NCBI GenBank assembly: GCA_034436775.1
Contig: DAOTVI010000061.1
Coordinates: 125 to 64,124, forward strand
Direction: 5' to 3'
Origin: Anaerolineae bacterium
GTDB taxonomy: Bacteria; Chloroflexota; Anaerolineae; 4572-78; NAK82
Length of the DNA stretch: 64,000 nt
The first letter of the stretch is position 1. Each line of letters opens with the position of its first letter. Under the pieces are notes generated by a model that was given only the letters and a program-made list of their open reading frames with translations, made no database searches and had not been told where the DNA came from. Position numbers and translations under genes: made by a program. Of this stretch, positions 56,256 through 64,000 are shown piece after piece.

Positions 56256-57755
56256 GTGTACTGCGTTCCGTTCGGCAAAGGCCAGCTCGAGTTTGGGCTG
56301 TGGCCTTCCATGCGGGGTACGCTTCTGGAGTCAAAGGAGATACCTCCGCTGACGGCGCCTGCCACCGCCATTCAACAGGCATTGGCCAAGCCGGTCGGCA
56401 GCGTACCATTGCGTCAGCTGGCCAGGCCAGGTGATCGCGTTTGCCTGGTCTTCACCGACGCGACGCGCGCCTGCCCCGATGCCCTTCTGGTGCCTGCCCT
56501 CCTTGAGGAGCTGCACAGGGCAGGGGTGCCCGATGAGCACATCACCTTGTTGTGCGGCACCGGATTACACCGTCCCAGCACGCGTGACGAAAAAGTTGCC
56601 AAGCTCGGCGTGTCTGTGGTGGATCGCTACCGTGTCGTGGATCACGCCGCACAGGACAACGCACAACTGGTGTATTTGGGCACGACCGCGTCCGGCACAC
56701 CCGTCTGGCTCAATCGGCTGGTCGCAGAAGCGGATCTGGTCATCGCGACCGGTGTGGTGGAGCCCCATCTCTACGCCGGCTACTCCGGCGGACCCAAGAC
56801 GGTGGCGGTGGGTGCTGCCGGTGCGCCCACGATTGCCGATACGCACGGTATCCGGTTTATTGATCATCCTGACACGCGACTGGGATGCATTGAAGGGAAC
56901 CCATTTCATCAGATATTATGCGAAATCGCCCAACAGGCGGGGTTGCGCTTCGTGCTCAACGTGGCGCTTGATGACCAGGAACGCATTGTGGCGGCACGTG
57001 CTGGTGATCCCAGGCAGGCTTTTCAAGAGCTGGTCGCGCTGGCACGTGAACGCTATGAAGTGCCCGTGACCCAGCAATATGATGTCGTGATAGCAGGTGT
57101 TGGATACCCGAAGGATGTCAATCTCTATCAAGCCTCCCGTGCCGCGACCTATGTATTTCGTGCACCGAAGCCGGTATTGCGGCATGGTGGCTGCATCATC
57201 GTGCCGGCCCCCTGTCCAGAGGGTGTGGGGCTTGGCGCCGGAGAGCAACATTTTTATGAGATCATGCGCTCGGCTAAGGATGTGCCCACGTTATTGGCGG
57301 AGTTGCGCCGTACCGGCTATCCTGCCGGTGCTCAGCGCGCTTATCTCATGGCGCAGGTGCTCCTCCATCACAAAGTGATCATCGTGGGCGCAGAACATCC
57401 TGATGCAGTGCGCCAGCTGCATATGACGCCAGCACACACTGTGGAGGAGGCTTTGCAAATCGCCGTGGAAGAGATCGGTAGATCGGATTTGGAGGTGTTG
57501 ATTATGCCCCATGCACTTCATACCCTGCCGAGCGAACAGCAGATCGAACCGCTTCATGTCGCAGTGGGAACGGTTCGTCTGCAGCTGCGCCGTCGTGGTG
57601 AAGACCCGGCCGCAGTGGATGCGCAAGAGGCTTTGCGCGTCCTTGAAGCGCTGAGCCAGGAGGAACCTGAACTGCCTGCTTCCAAATGGTATGCCTCGGC
57701 ACAGCCGGAGCAGCGAGCACAATTCGCAGAGATGTGGGAGAGCTTGAGGCGCTGA
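56256..57755 (+). CDS. LarA-like (lactate racemase / DUF2088 family) protein with C-terminal extension
   Basis: 499 aa with a GTG start. VPFGKGQLEFGL N-terminus, FTDATRA, GTGLHRP and PHLYAGYSGG motifs of the nickel-pincer racemase family. An extra 70 aa or so at the C-terminus. Confidence 0.7.
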   Translation: MYCVPFGKGQLEFGLWPSMRGTLLESKEIPPLTAPATAIQQALAKPVGSVPLRQLARPGDRVCLVFTDATRACPDALLVPALLEELHRAGVPDEHITLLCGTGLHRPSTRDEKVAKLGVSVVDRYRVVDHAAQDNAQLVYLGTTASGTPVWLNRLVAEADLVIATGVVEPHLYAGYSGGPKTVAVGAAGAPTIADTHGIRFIDHPDTRLGCIEGNPFHQILCEIAQQAGLRFVLNVALDDQERIVAARAGDPRQAFQELVALARERYEVPVTQQYDVVIAGVGYPKDVNLYQASRAATYVFRAPKPVLRHGGCIIVPAPCPEGVGLGAGEQHFYEIMRSAKDVPTLLAELRRTGYPAGAQRAYLMAQVLLHHKVIIVGAEHPDAVRQLHMTPAHTVEEALQIAVEEIGRSDLEVLIMPHALHTLPSEQQIEPLHVAVGTVRLQLRRRGEDPAAVDAQEALRVLEALSQEEPELPASKWYASAQPEQRAQFAEMWESLRR

Positions 57756-58112
57756 CTCCACCCAGCTCGCGCGATGCTTATGGCTTCCGCAACCATATGC
57801 GTTGAGGCCGCTATTTCCGCCACTTTATGGATCGTGTCCGTCCCAACTATCTCAGACGCCCTAGCAATACATCTGACCCTTCTTGCATGAGCACCGTCAG
57901 ACGGACGATCCGGCGTGCCATTTGCGGATTGTTGCGGCAGTGCCACCAGAGGCGAAACGCCATATAATGTTGGAAAAGGGTACGACACAGAATCTTCATC
58001 GCTGAGTTAACGCTTGCGCTCTTGTTCGATTCATAGTTTACCATAAAATGGGCGGGGAGTCTATCCGTGTCAACCTGGGTTGTCGTTCGAAGCGATCTCG
58101 GAAGAGGTAGCT

Positions 58113-58643
58113 ATGCCCGATCTCTCATTGTGGCTGATACCTGATGAAGAATGGTGCCATTTCCTGGGGCGCATCATCGTGCGTCTGAGCCAGCAATATG
58201 AAACGCCCCGTTTTGAGCCTCATCTCACCTTGCTCGGCCAGATCGCGATGGAACACGGAGATGCTGCCAACCGCACAGCCCGGCTGGCGTCCCGGTTGAG
58301 AACATTTCAGGTTGTCCTGAACGGATTGAGCTACCGGGGCGAATTTTTCAGGGCACTTTTTCTGGAAGCTGAGCGCACGCTTCCACTGATGGAGGCCTAT
58401 CGAACGGCCTGCGTGATCTTTGACCGTAAGCCAGAGGAAACATTTCTGCCCCATATCAGCGTGTTGTACGGCGACCTTCCTGCCACGACAAAGGATGCGC
58501 TGATCAGCCGGCTCGCCTCGGAGCTCAAGCTGCCCCTCTCTGTCAGGATATCGCGGCTGGATCTGATGATCGCCTCGTCGCGCCTTCCGGTCTCCAGCTG
58601 GCACTGTCTCGCGAGTTATGCGCTTGGCGGAGAGGCAGCCTAG
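58113..58643 (+). CDS. 2H phosphoesterase superfamily protein (LigT/cyclic phosphodiesterase-like)
   Basis: Taken from within ORF 58080..58643. Two H-x-T/S motifs (PHLTLLG and PHISVLY) at the appropriate spacing. Confidence 0.6.
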   Translation: MPDLSLWLIPDEEWCHFLGRIIVRLSQQYETPRFEPHLTLLGQIAMEHGDAANRTARLASRLRTFQVVLNGLSYRGEFFRALFLEAERTLPLMEAYRTACVIFDRKPEETFLPHISVLYGDLPATTKDALISRLASELKLPLSVRISRLDLMIASSRLPVSSWHCLASYALGGEAA

Positions 58644-58666
58644 CGAATCTGCCCCATACGGGAATA

Positions 58667-59443
58667 TCAGAGGATCTCCGCTGCTGCGTCGCGATCCAGG
58701 TACAGATGTGCGTGGGGCGTACGGCGCAGGATGGAAGCCGGACACGCCGTGCCCACAGGTTCTAACAGGGCACGACGCACCGCGTCTGCTTTGCGCCGTT
58801 CGGGCACGATGCACAACATCCGCCTGGCGCTGCGCAGTGCCGGTATGGTCAAGGTGATGGCATGCGTGGGAACCTCATCCAGGCTGCTGAAATGTCCCTC
58901 CCCGACCTGCTGACGTCGGCTCGCTTCCTCGAGTGCGACCACCTTGACCCATACCGGGTCATCGAAGTCGGCCACGGGTGGATCGTTGAAGGCGAGATGG
59001 CCATTTTCGCCGATCCCCAGACAACACAAGTCCGCCGGGTGGGCGCGCAACAACAGTTCATATCCGCGGCAAGCTGCCTCGACATCCTCAGCGTGACCGG
59101 GCACCGGAAAAAAGTACCCCACCAGCACATGGTCTAGCAAATGTCGGCGCAGAAAGAGCGGGAAACTCGCCGGATGGCCTGCTTTCAGGTGCAGGTACTC
59201 GTCCATATGGAAGACGTTCACCGCCGGCCATGGGATGTCGGACAGCTTGCGCAAGGCGTGCAAAAAGCTCAGCTGCGAATTGCCGGTGGCTAGGATGATG
59301 TTCGCAACACCCCTTTCGGAAACCGCCTGGACGATGATTTTCGCCGCCTCTTGTGCTGCAGCCAGGCCGAGCGATTCATTGTCGGCGTAGACGCTCACGT
59401 CAAGTTGATCGTACCGCAGCTTGTGAATGGGTTGAATCTCCAT
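58667..59443 (-). CDS. Glucosamine-6-phosphate deaminase / 6-phosphogluconolactonase family protein
   Basis: 258 aa. LATGNSQ, FHMDEY and GIGENGHLAFNDP motifs of the NagB family. Confidence 0.8.
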   Translation of the reverse strand: MEIQPIHKLRYDQLDVSVYADNESLGLAAAQEAAKIIVQAVSERGVANIILATGNSQLSFLHALRKLSDIPWPAVNVFHMDEYLHLKAGHPASFPLFLRRHLLDHVLVGYFFPVPGHAEDVEAACRGYELLLRAHPADLCCLGIGENGHLAFNDPPVADFDDPVWVKVVALEEASRRQQVGEGHFSSLDEVPTHAITLTIPALRSARRMLCIVPERRKADAVRRALLEPVGTACPASILRRTPHAHLYLDRDAAAEIL

Positions 59444-59524
59444 ATAGGCCTCCGTGAGGACTTTCCGCGATAAAAGGTGCGGTCAACTATCAATTTTGCC
59501 CGGGCTGGGGGCAATTTCCCAGTC

Positions 59525-60373
59525 TTACTGTGCCAGCCTGGCTATCGCAATAACACGGTCATCGTAAACGCGGCGCTCGCGGTTCCAGTTGGCGCAGGTG
59601 ATCAGGGTCAGCGTGGGGTCAGCCGTCGGAAACGTCACCTGAACGTCCTCCGGTGACACAACCCGCACTTCGTTGACCACATAGCGGTAGGGCTGCTCTC
59701 CGGCGAATACCAGCACCTCGTCGCCCTGGCGCAGTTGCGAGAGATAGCGGAACGGGCCATCTCCCCCTCGCGCCAACGTCACGTGTCCGGCGATCGCGAT
59801 GTTGCTGGAGTCGCCCGGGCTGGCGGTGCCCTGTAAATGACCGACCTCATAGGTCAATTGATCCACCTGCCAGATGCCATCGCGCAGCGCAATTAACACC
59901 ACCGGCGCGTCCACTCCCAGCTTGGGGATCACGAGGCGCGTGGCGGGCACCCTCGGTTGGTCGGCCGGCAGTCCCATCAGCGGCGCTGCAGCGGCTTGGG
60001 ACGTCCCCGCCCCCCCTGTGGAGGCTGCTGTGCCAATATCAGAGCGCGGTTCATCCTGCGGCAGGTTGGTCAACGCCTCTGCCGTTCGCAGGGGTGGCGT
60101 CGGTGTCACGATGGCTTCCTCGCCCGTCTTTTTAGGGGGTGGAGTATGCCTCCAGCCAGATGGTGCCCGGGTTGTGACACGCGGCGGCACCCTGTCCACC
60201 GCGTGTCGTTCACCTTCGCGCGACAATCCCCCTGTCAGCTTGCCGATCAGAACGCCGCTCCCCAGCCCAACCATGCAACATACCACGGTGCTCACCAGCA
60301 GAAGCAGCACCAGAACCAGCGGCGCTCGATTGGACCTGCGCGCTCCAGGCATAGCGTCGTGCTTCAATGTCAT
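59525..60373 (-). CDS. Sortase family transpeptidase
   Basis: ORF 59525..60442. Start ATG 60373 forms an ATGA overlap with the stop of the upstream LPETG protein. N-terminal TM segment and Pro-rich linker. IAGHV and TLITC catalytic motifs. Confidence 0.8.
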   Translation of the reverse strand: MTLKHDAMPGARRSNRAPLVLVLLLLVSTVVCCMVGLGSGVLIGKLTGGLSREGERHAVDRVPPRVTTRAPSGWRHTPPPKKTGEEAIVTPTPPLRTAEALTNLPQDEPRSDIGTAASTGGAGTSQAAAAPLMGLPADQPRVPATRLVIPKLGVDAPVVLIALRDGIWQVDQLTYEVGHLQGTASPGDSSNIAIAGHVTLARGGDGPFRYLSQLRQGDEVLVFAGEQPYRYVVNEVRVVSPEDVQVTFPTADPTLTLITCANWNRERRVYDDRVIAIARLAQ

Positions 60374-63300
60374 CGTGTCCGTCGTCGCCTGATCATGACC
60401 CCTATCAGCAACGCTGCAGACACCAGCCCGGCTAACCACCACGTATCGTGTGGCGCATCGCCGTTGGGACGAGCGCCCGTCTCAGGCAACCTGTGCACCG
60501 GCAACAAGGTAGGGAGCGTCGGCGTCGCAATCACCGAAGCAGGTGGCAGCGGCGTCGGTGTCGCCTCAGGTTTATGTCTGGGTTTCTTCTCAGACGGAGG
60601 CGCAGGCGTTGTGGTGGGTGTAGGAGTCGGTGTGAAAGTGGGAGTGGGGGTGGGATAAGGCACAACGCGCACAATCACCACCTCGGACTCCACCGGCGAG
60701 CCCTGATCAAACTCCAGCACGGCTTGATTGTCCATTTGCATAGGGGGCGTGGCGTTCTCGTTGACCTGCGTGCGGATGACTATGGTGACCAACTCGGATG
60801 GCGCCAGCTGGCCGATTGTCACAGTAACTGTCTGTGGCGGAGGAGGCGCACTGATGTCAACCGTCCCCTTCGTACTGGTGACTTCCAGGACGTCCAGATA
60901 CACCGGCAGGGGATCCACCACACGCACGTCGGTAGCAATGCTATCACCGCGATTGCCGACGTTGATAGTGAAGATCACTTCATCTCCCACATACGCCTGA
61001 GACGGCTCACCGCGCTTGGTGACGTAGGGATCCACACTGCTCACAAGCGGGTTGCTGTGCGTGTCTGTGATGATGATGGTCTGATCGCTGCTGAGCATTG
61101 CAACGTTGACGATGGAAGTTGTGATCACTGCCAGGAACGTCAATGGTGGTGCCTCCTCTGTCGGGGGCGCTTCCGTCGAGATCTCCGGCGTGGGGAGCTC
61201 CAAAGTGGGCGTTTCCACAGGCTCTACGGTTGCCAAAACTTCTGGTGTCGGTGTCTCTCCGATGGGCGCTATAGACGTCTCAGTTGTCGCCGGGGTCTCT
61301 GTCAGCATGGGTATCTCGGTTGGTATCTCCGTCGGTATCTCGGTGGTCGGTATAAGGGTTGTTTCTTCTAGTACTGGCACCTCCTCTGTCTCTAAGGGTG
61401 ATGCAGGCTGTGGCTCTACGTCTGTGGACAGCGTGGGTGTCGGCACCGCTTCTGGCGTGGGCTCCACTTGTGCCGGCGCCGGCTCCATCAGCGCGTTAAA
61501 CACCAGCAAGGTGGCCATGAAGGGCCACCAGCCACTCTGCTGGTTTGAAGACTCATCGGTGGGTGGTGTCTCCGGCGACGCGGGGGTCTCGGTTGGCGTG
61601 GGTTCTGGCGCAGCCGTCTCGGTCGGCGTGGGCTCCGGCATAGCTGTCTCAGTTGGTGTGGCCTCTGGCGTGGCCGTCTCGGTCGGCGTGGGTTCCGGCG
61701 TGGGTGTCTCGGCCGGTGTCTCTGACGTAGGCGTCCCGGCTGGCATCTCCGGTGTGAGTGTCTCGGTCGGCGTGGGTTCCGGCATGGCTGTCTCAGTTGG
61801 TGTGGCCTCTGGCGTAGCCGTCTCGGTCGGAGTGAGCATCTCGGTGGGCGCCTCTGTCGGTATGGGCTCCGTTATAGCTGTCTCAGTTGGTGTAGGCTCC
61901 GGCGTGGGTGTCTCAAGGACAATCGGCCCAACCGTTTCCAGAGCCTCCGGGGTTGGCGTTGGTGATGGCGTGACGGCCATAGCCCAACCATCACCCGTGT
62001 ATAGCAACGCACGACCACCCACTACAATCAACGTGTTGACCCGCACGCTGAACGCCACACACGCCGTCTCACCTGTGGCCGGCACGCTGGGGATGGTCCA
62101 GCGCAACCCGATCACCGTTTCGGGTTCCTTACTTGACCATGCACTGCCATCATAGTATTCCAAATCGCCAGTGTCGGGCTGCGCGCTGCCCGGCACATAG
62201 GTGGTGTTCGCCGGTATCCCATCGGTGATCACCACATTGGTCGCCTCCGAAGAGCCGGTGTTGGAGTAGCATATCTGATACTTGATCACCTCTCCCGGTG
62301 CCACCACGCCCGCCGGGATGCCGTGTTTGGCGAGGTGCATGACCGGCGCCCGCGCGGTGACGGTATACGTGTCCTCGTCCACCTGCCATCCGTCGTGGAT
62401 GGCGGCCGTGTTGGGCAGCGGCTGCCCATCCGTCACCACATCGCTCAGCTGCACCACCAACGTCACCACCCCTGTCACCGACACCTCCCGGGTCGGGGTC
62501 AGGGTGCCCAGATACCAGAGCACATCACCGCGCTGACCAGGGTCAGGATGCTCAATCGTGATGCCGCCGCTCGCTTCCACGAACGAGAAGGGAGAGCGCA
62601 CTTCATCCCGGATCCACGGCGTCACGGGCTCATCGCCGGAGACCGTGTACGCAATAGTATACGTGATCCAATCCCCCCGCCTCGCCTCGGCCACCGATCC
62701 CTCTTTGTGCACCTGCAGACTATGGCCGCTTGTCACCGTTGAGGTGGCCGTATCCGTGTCACTCAGGTCGGACGCATCGCTGATCACCACCGTGTTCGCG
62801 ATCGCCAGGCCGTTCGGCAGCGCGTCATCCACCCGTACCACCAGCGTCAGCACCCCGCTCTGTTCCACCACTCCCGAACCCGCCGGCAACATATCTCCCA
62901 GCTGCCAGAGCACCGTCCCACGCGCGCCCACAGCAGGCGCGCTGGAGGGCGGCGGTTGGGCTTCCCAGAACGTGGTATGTTGCGGCGTCTCATCCGTGAT
63001 GGTCACGTCAAATGCGGGTTCGTTGCCCGACACGGTATAGTACAGCGTATAGGTGAGCCTATCACCTGGGGCAACTTCCTCCGGATACACCGCTTTGCTG
63101 ACCTGCAAATGATGCCGTGCCTCCACCGGCGTCACCGTCTCGGACGTCCGGCTGATCCCATCTGCATCCGTGATCCACGCCACATTGGAAATCAGCGTGC
63201 CGCTGATCAACGGAGAGGTGACCACCAATGTGAGGGTCAGGCGACCGGAGGCGTTGTAGGGCTGATCGCCCAACGTCCACGACACCACCTCGCCATCCAC

Positions 63301-64000
63301 CAGCGCACACGGCGGTTCACACGCCTGGAACACCGTGTTGAGTGGCAGCCGGTCGGTGACCACCAGGCCGGGTGCATCCTCGTTTCCTGTCACGGCCCAC
63401 TCCAGCGTGTATGTCAGAGTGCCGCCCGCCTCCACCGGGCTGGGTTCGGCGTCCTTGAACAAGGTGAGCCCGTGCCCGCTCTCCACCGGTGTGACCACCT
63501 GCGCACTGTCGCTCAGGCCTTCATTGCTGGTCACAACCGCACTGTTGGTGATGAGCGTCCCATTGCGCAGCCCACCGTCCACCCGCACCACCAGAGACAA
63601 CATTATGGAAGCACCCACGTCAAAGGTGCCCACCGTATAGGTCACCACGTCTCTTCCGACGCTGCATGCGGGCGCACAGGAGACGAATTGGGTGTTTTCA
63701 GGCAGACTCTCTTCCACGATGACCCCGGTGGCGCTCACAATGCCGCTGTTGGTGACAAACAGGGTGTAGGTGAGCAGCTCGCCCGCCGCGACCGGCGATG
63801 GCTCGGCCCACTTCGCGAGCTCGAGTGCAGGGTAGCCCGTTTGCACCGGCGCGGTCACCTCCGCCGTGCGATACTCGCGTTCTTGATCGGAGGGACTGCC
63901 GGGCAGCCCATCATATCGCGCGACAGCGCTGTTGGTCAACCTCAAACCGCTGCCGATAGCGGGCGACACCTGTGCGGTGAATATCACCCATGCTGCACCG
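60370..64000 (-). CDS. Large cell-surface protein with multiple DUF11 repeats, PT/E-rich linkers and a C-terminal LPETG sorting signal (5-prime end outside the window)
   Basis: More than 1205 aa, with the frame open to the window edge. Repeated LTYTL...N.G...A..V.V.D.LP modules. C-terminus is LPETG + hydrophobic WWLAGLVSAALLIGVMI + RRRRTR. Confidence 0.8.
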   Translation of the reverse strand, partial: GAAWVIFTAQVSPAIGSGLRLTNSAVARYDGLPGSPSDQEREYRTAEVTAPVQTGYPALELAKWAEPSPVAAGELLTYTLFVTNSGIVSATGVIVEESLPENTQFVSCAPACSVGRDVVTYTVGTFDVGASIMLSLVVRVDGGLRNGTLITNSAVVTSNEGLSDSAQVVTPVESGHGLTLFKDAEPSPVEAGGTLTYTLEWAVTGNEDAPGLVVTDRLPLNTVFQACEPPCALVDGEVVSWTLGDQPYNASGRLTLTLVVTSPLISGTLISNVAWITDADGISRTSETVTPVEARHHLQVSKAVYPEEVAPGDRLTYTLYYTVSGNEPAFDVTITDETPQHTTFWEAQPPPSSAPAVGARGTVLWQLGDMLPAGSGVVEQSGVLTLVVRVDDALPNGLAIANTVVISDASDLSDTDTATSTVTSGHSLQVHKEGSVAEARRGDWITYTIAYTVSGDEPVTPWIRDEVRSPFSFVEASGGITIEHPDPGQRGDVLWYLGTLTPTREVSVTGVVTLVVQLSDVVTDGQPLPNTAAIHDGWQVDEDTYTVTARAPVMHLAKHGIPAGVVAPGEVIKYQICYSNTGSSEATNVVITDGIPANTTYVPGSAQPDTGDLEYYDGSAWSSKEPETVIGLRWTIPSVPATGETACVAFSVRVNTLIVVGGRALLYTGDGWAMAVTPSPTPTPEALETVGPIVLETPTPEPTPTETAITEPIPTEAPTEMLTPTETATPEATPTETAMPEPTPTETLTPEMPAGTPTSETPAETPTPEPTPTETATPEATPTETAMPEPTPTETAAPEPTPTETPASPETPPTDESSNQQSGWWPFMATLLVFNALMEPAPAQVEPTPEAVPTPTLSTDVEPQPASPLETEEVPVLEETTLIPTTEIPTEIPTEIPMLTETPATTETSIAPIGETPTPEVLATVEPVETPTLELPTPEISTEAPPTEEAPPLTFLAVITTSIVNVAMLSSDQTIIITDTHSNPLVSSVDPYVTKRGEPSQAYVGDEVIFTINVGNRGDSIATDVRVVDPLPVYLDVLEVTSTKGTVDISAPPPPQTVTVTIGQLAPSELVTIVIRTQVNENATPPMQMDNQAVLEFDQGSPVESEVVIVRVVPYPTPTPTFTPTPTPTTTPAPPSEKKPRHKPEATPTPLPPASVIATPTLPTLLPVHRLPETGARPNGDAPHDTWWLAGLVSAALLIGVMIRRRRTR
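61560..61925. repeat. Tandem/direct repeats encoding the TPEPTPTETA-type linker
   Basis: Two 71-bp direct repeats at 61616-61686 and 61760-61830 share 68 of 71 identical bases (144-bp period). They are embedded in degenerate repeats of about 30-36 bp encoding PTETA/PEPTPTET units. Confidence 0.7.

Noticed and set aside
57847-58044. A 65-aa minus-strand ORF (…MKILCRTLFQHYMAFRLWWHCRNNPQMARRIVRL…) in the lower-GC gap after the larA-like gene, possibly a transposase N-terminal fragment.
   Set aside because: I cannot match it to any family from the sequence alone, so it is left unannotated. A BLASTX of 57756-58112 would settle it.

Overview
This is a 64-kb chromosomal window at about 60% GC with 65-70 genes. 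It is mostly core metabolism and housekeeping, with a few small degraded accessory patches. The gene content includes an archaeal-type upper mevalonate pathway, a sortase with an LPETG/DUF11 adhesin, a Flp-like pilin N-terminus and a Hox hydrogenase. That mix suggests a Chloroflexota-like monoderm bacterium, but this is inference only. The most unusual locus is 150-13663 on the minus strand. It carries a complete NAD(P)-linked [NiFe] hydrogenase operon (hoxE-F-U-Y-H). Directly upstream sits a second NuoE/NuoF-type diaphorase set whose NuoF is fused to a GltD/NfnB-like NADPH oxidoreductase (1029 aa). That set is accompanied by the accessory and sensor genes normally found next to electron-bifurcating [FeFe] hydrogenases: a CBS-kinase, a DRTGG protein, a PHP protein, a histidine-kinase-type ATPase and a thioredoxin-like ferredoxin. 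No [FeFe] hydrogenase gene is present. Two Rex/CRP-type palindromes precede the two apparent transcription units. Other content: rpsF-ssb-rpsR, relA with a beta-CASP nuclease, mnmA with a cysteine desulfurase, and an operon of class II HMG-CoA reductase plus archaeal-type HMG-CoA synthase, thiolase and DUF35. There is also a non-Pyl MttB-family methyltransferase, a radical SAM protein, rplU-rpmA-rpmE-tdk, modE-like/moeA, an ECF-S/coaX/coaBC set, two tRNAs (Arg-TCT, Glu-CTC), and a decayed toxin-antitoxin/IS patch at 54.3-56.1 kb. The window ends with a sortase translationally coupled to a partial surface protein of more than 1200 aa. Other items worth a second look are listed here.
- A 77-nt intergenic element occurs twice with a covarying closing stem.
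- Ribosomal protein L31 carries an RNA polymerase alpha-CTD-like C-terminal domain.
- A Flp-pilin-like N-terminus is fused to an M23 peptidase.
- A DUF2283 gene is broken at a C7 homopolymer.
No CRISPR array, rRNA, intact transposase or prophage was seen. All calls rest on reading motifs in the supplied translations and the DNA, since no database search was possible.
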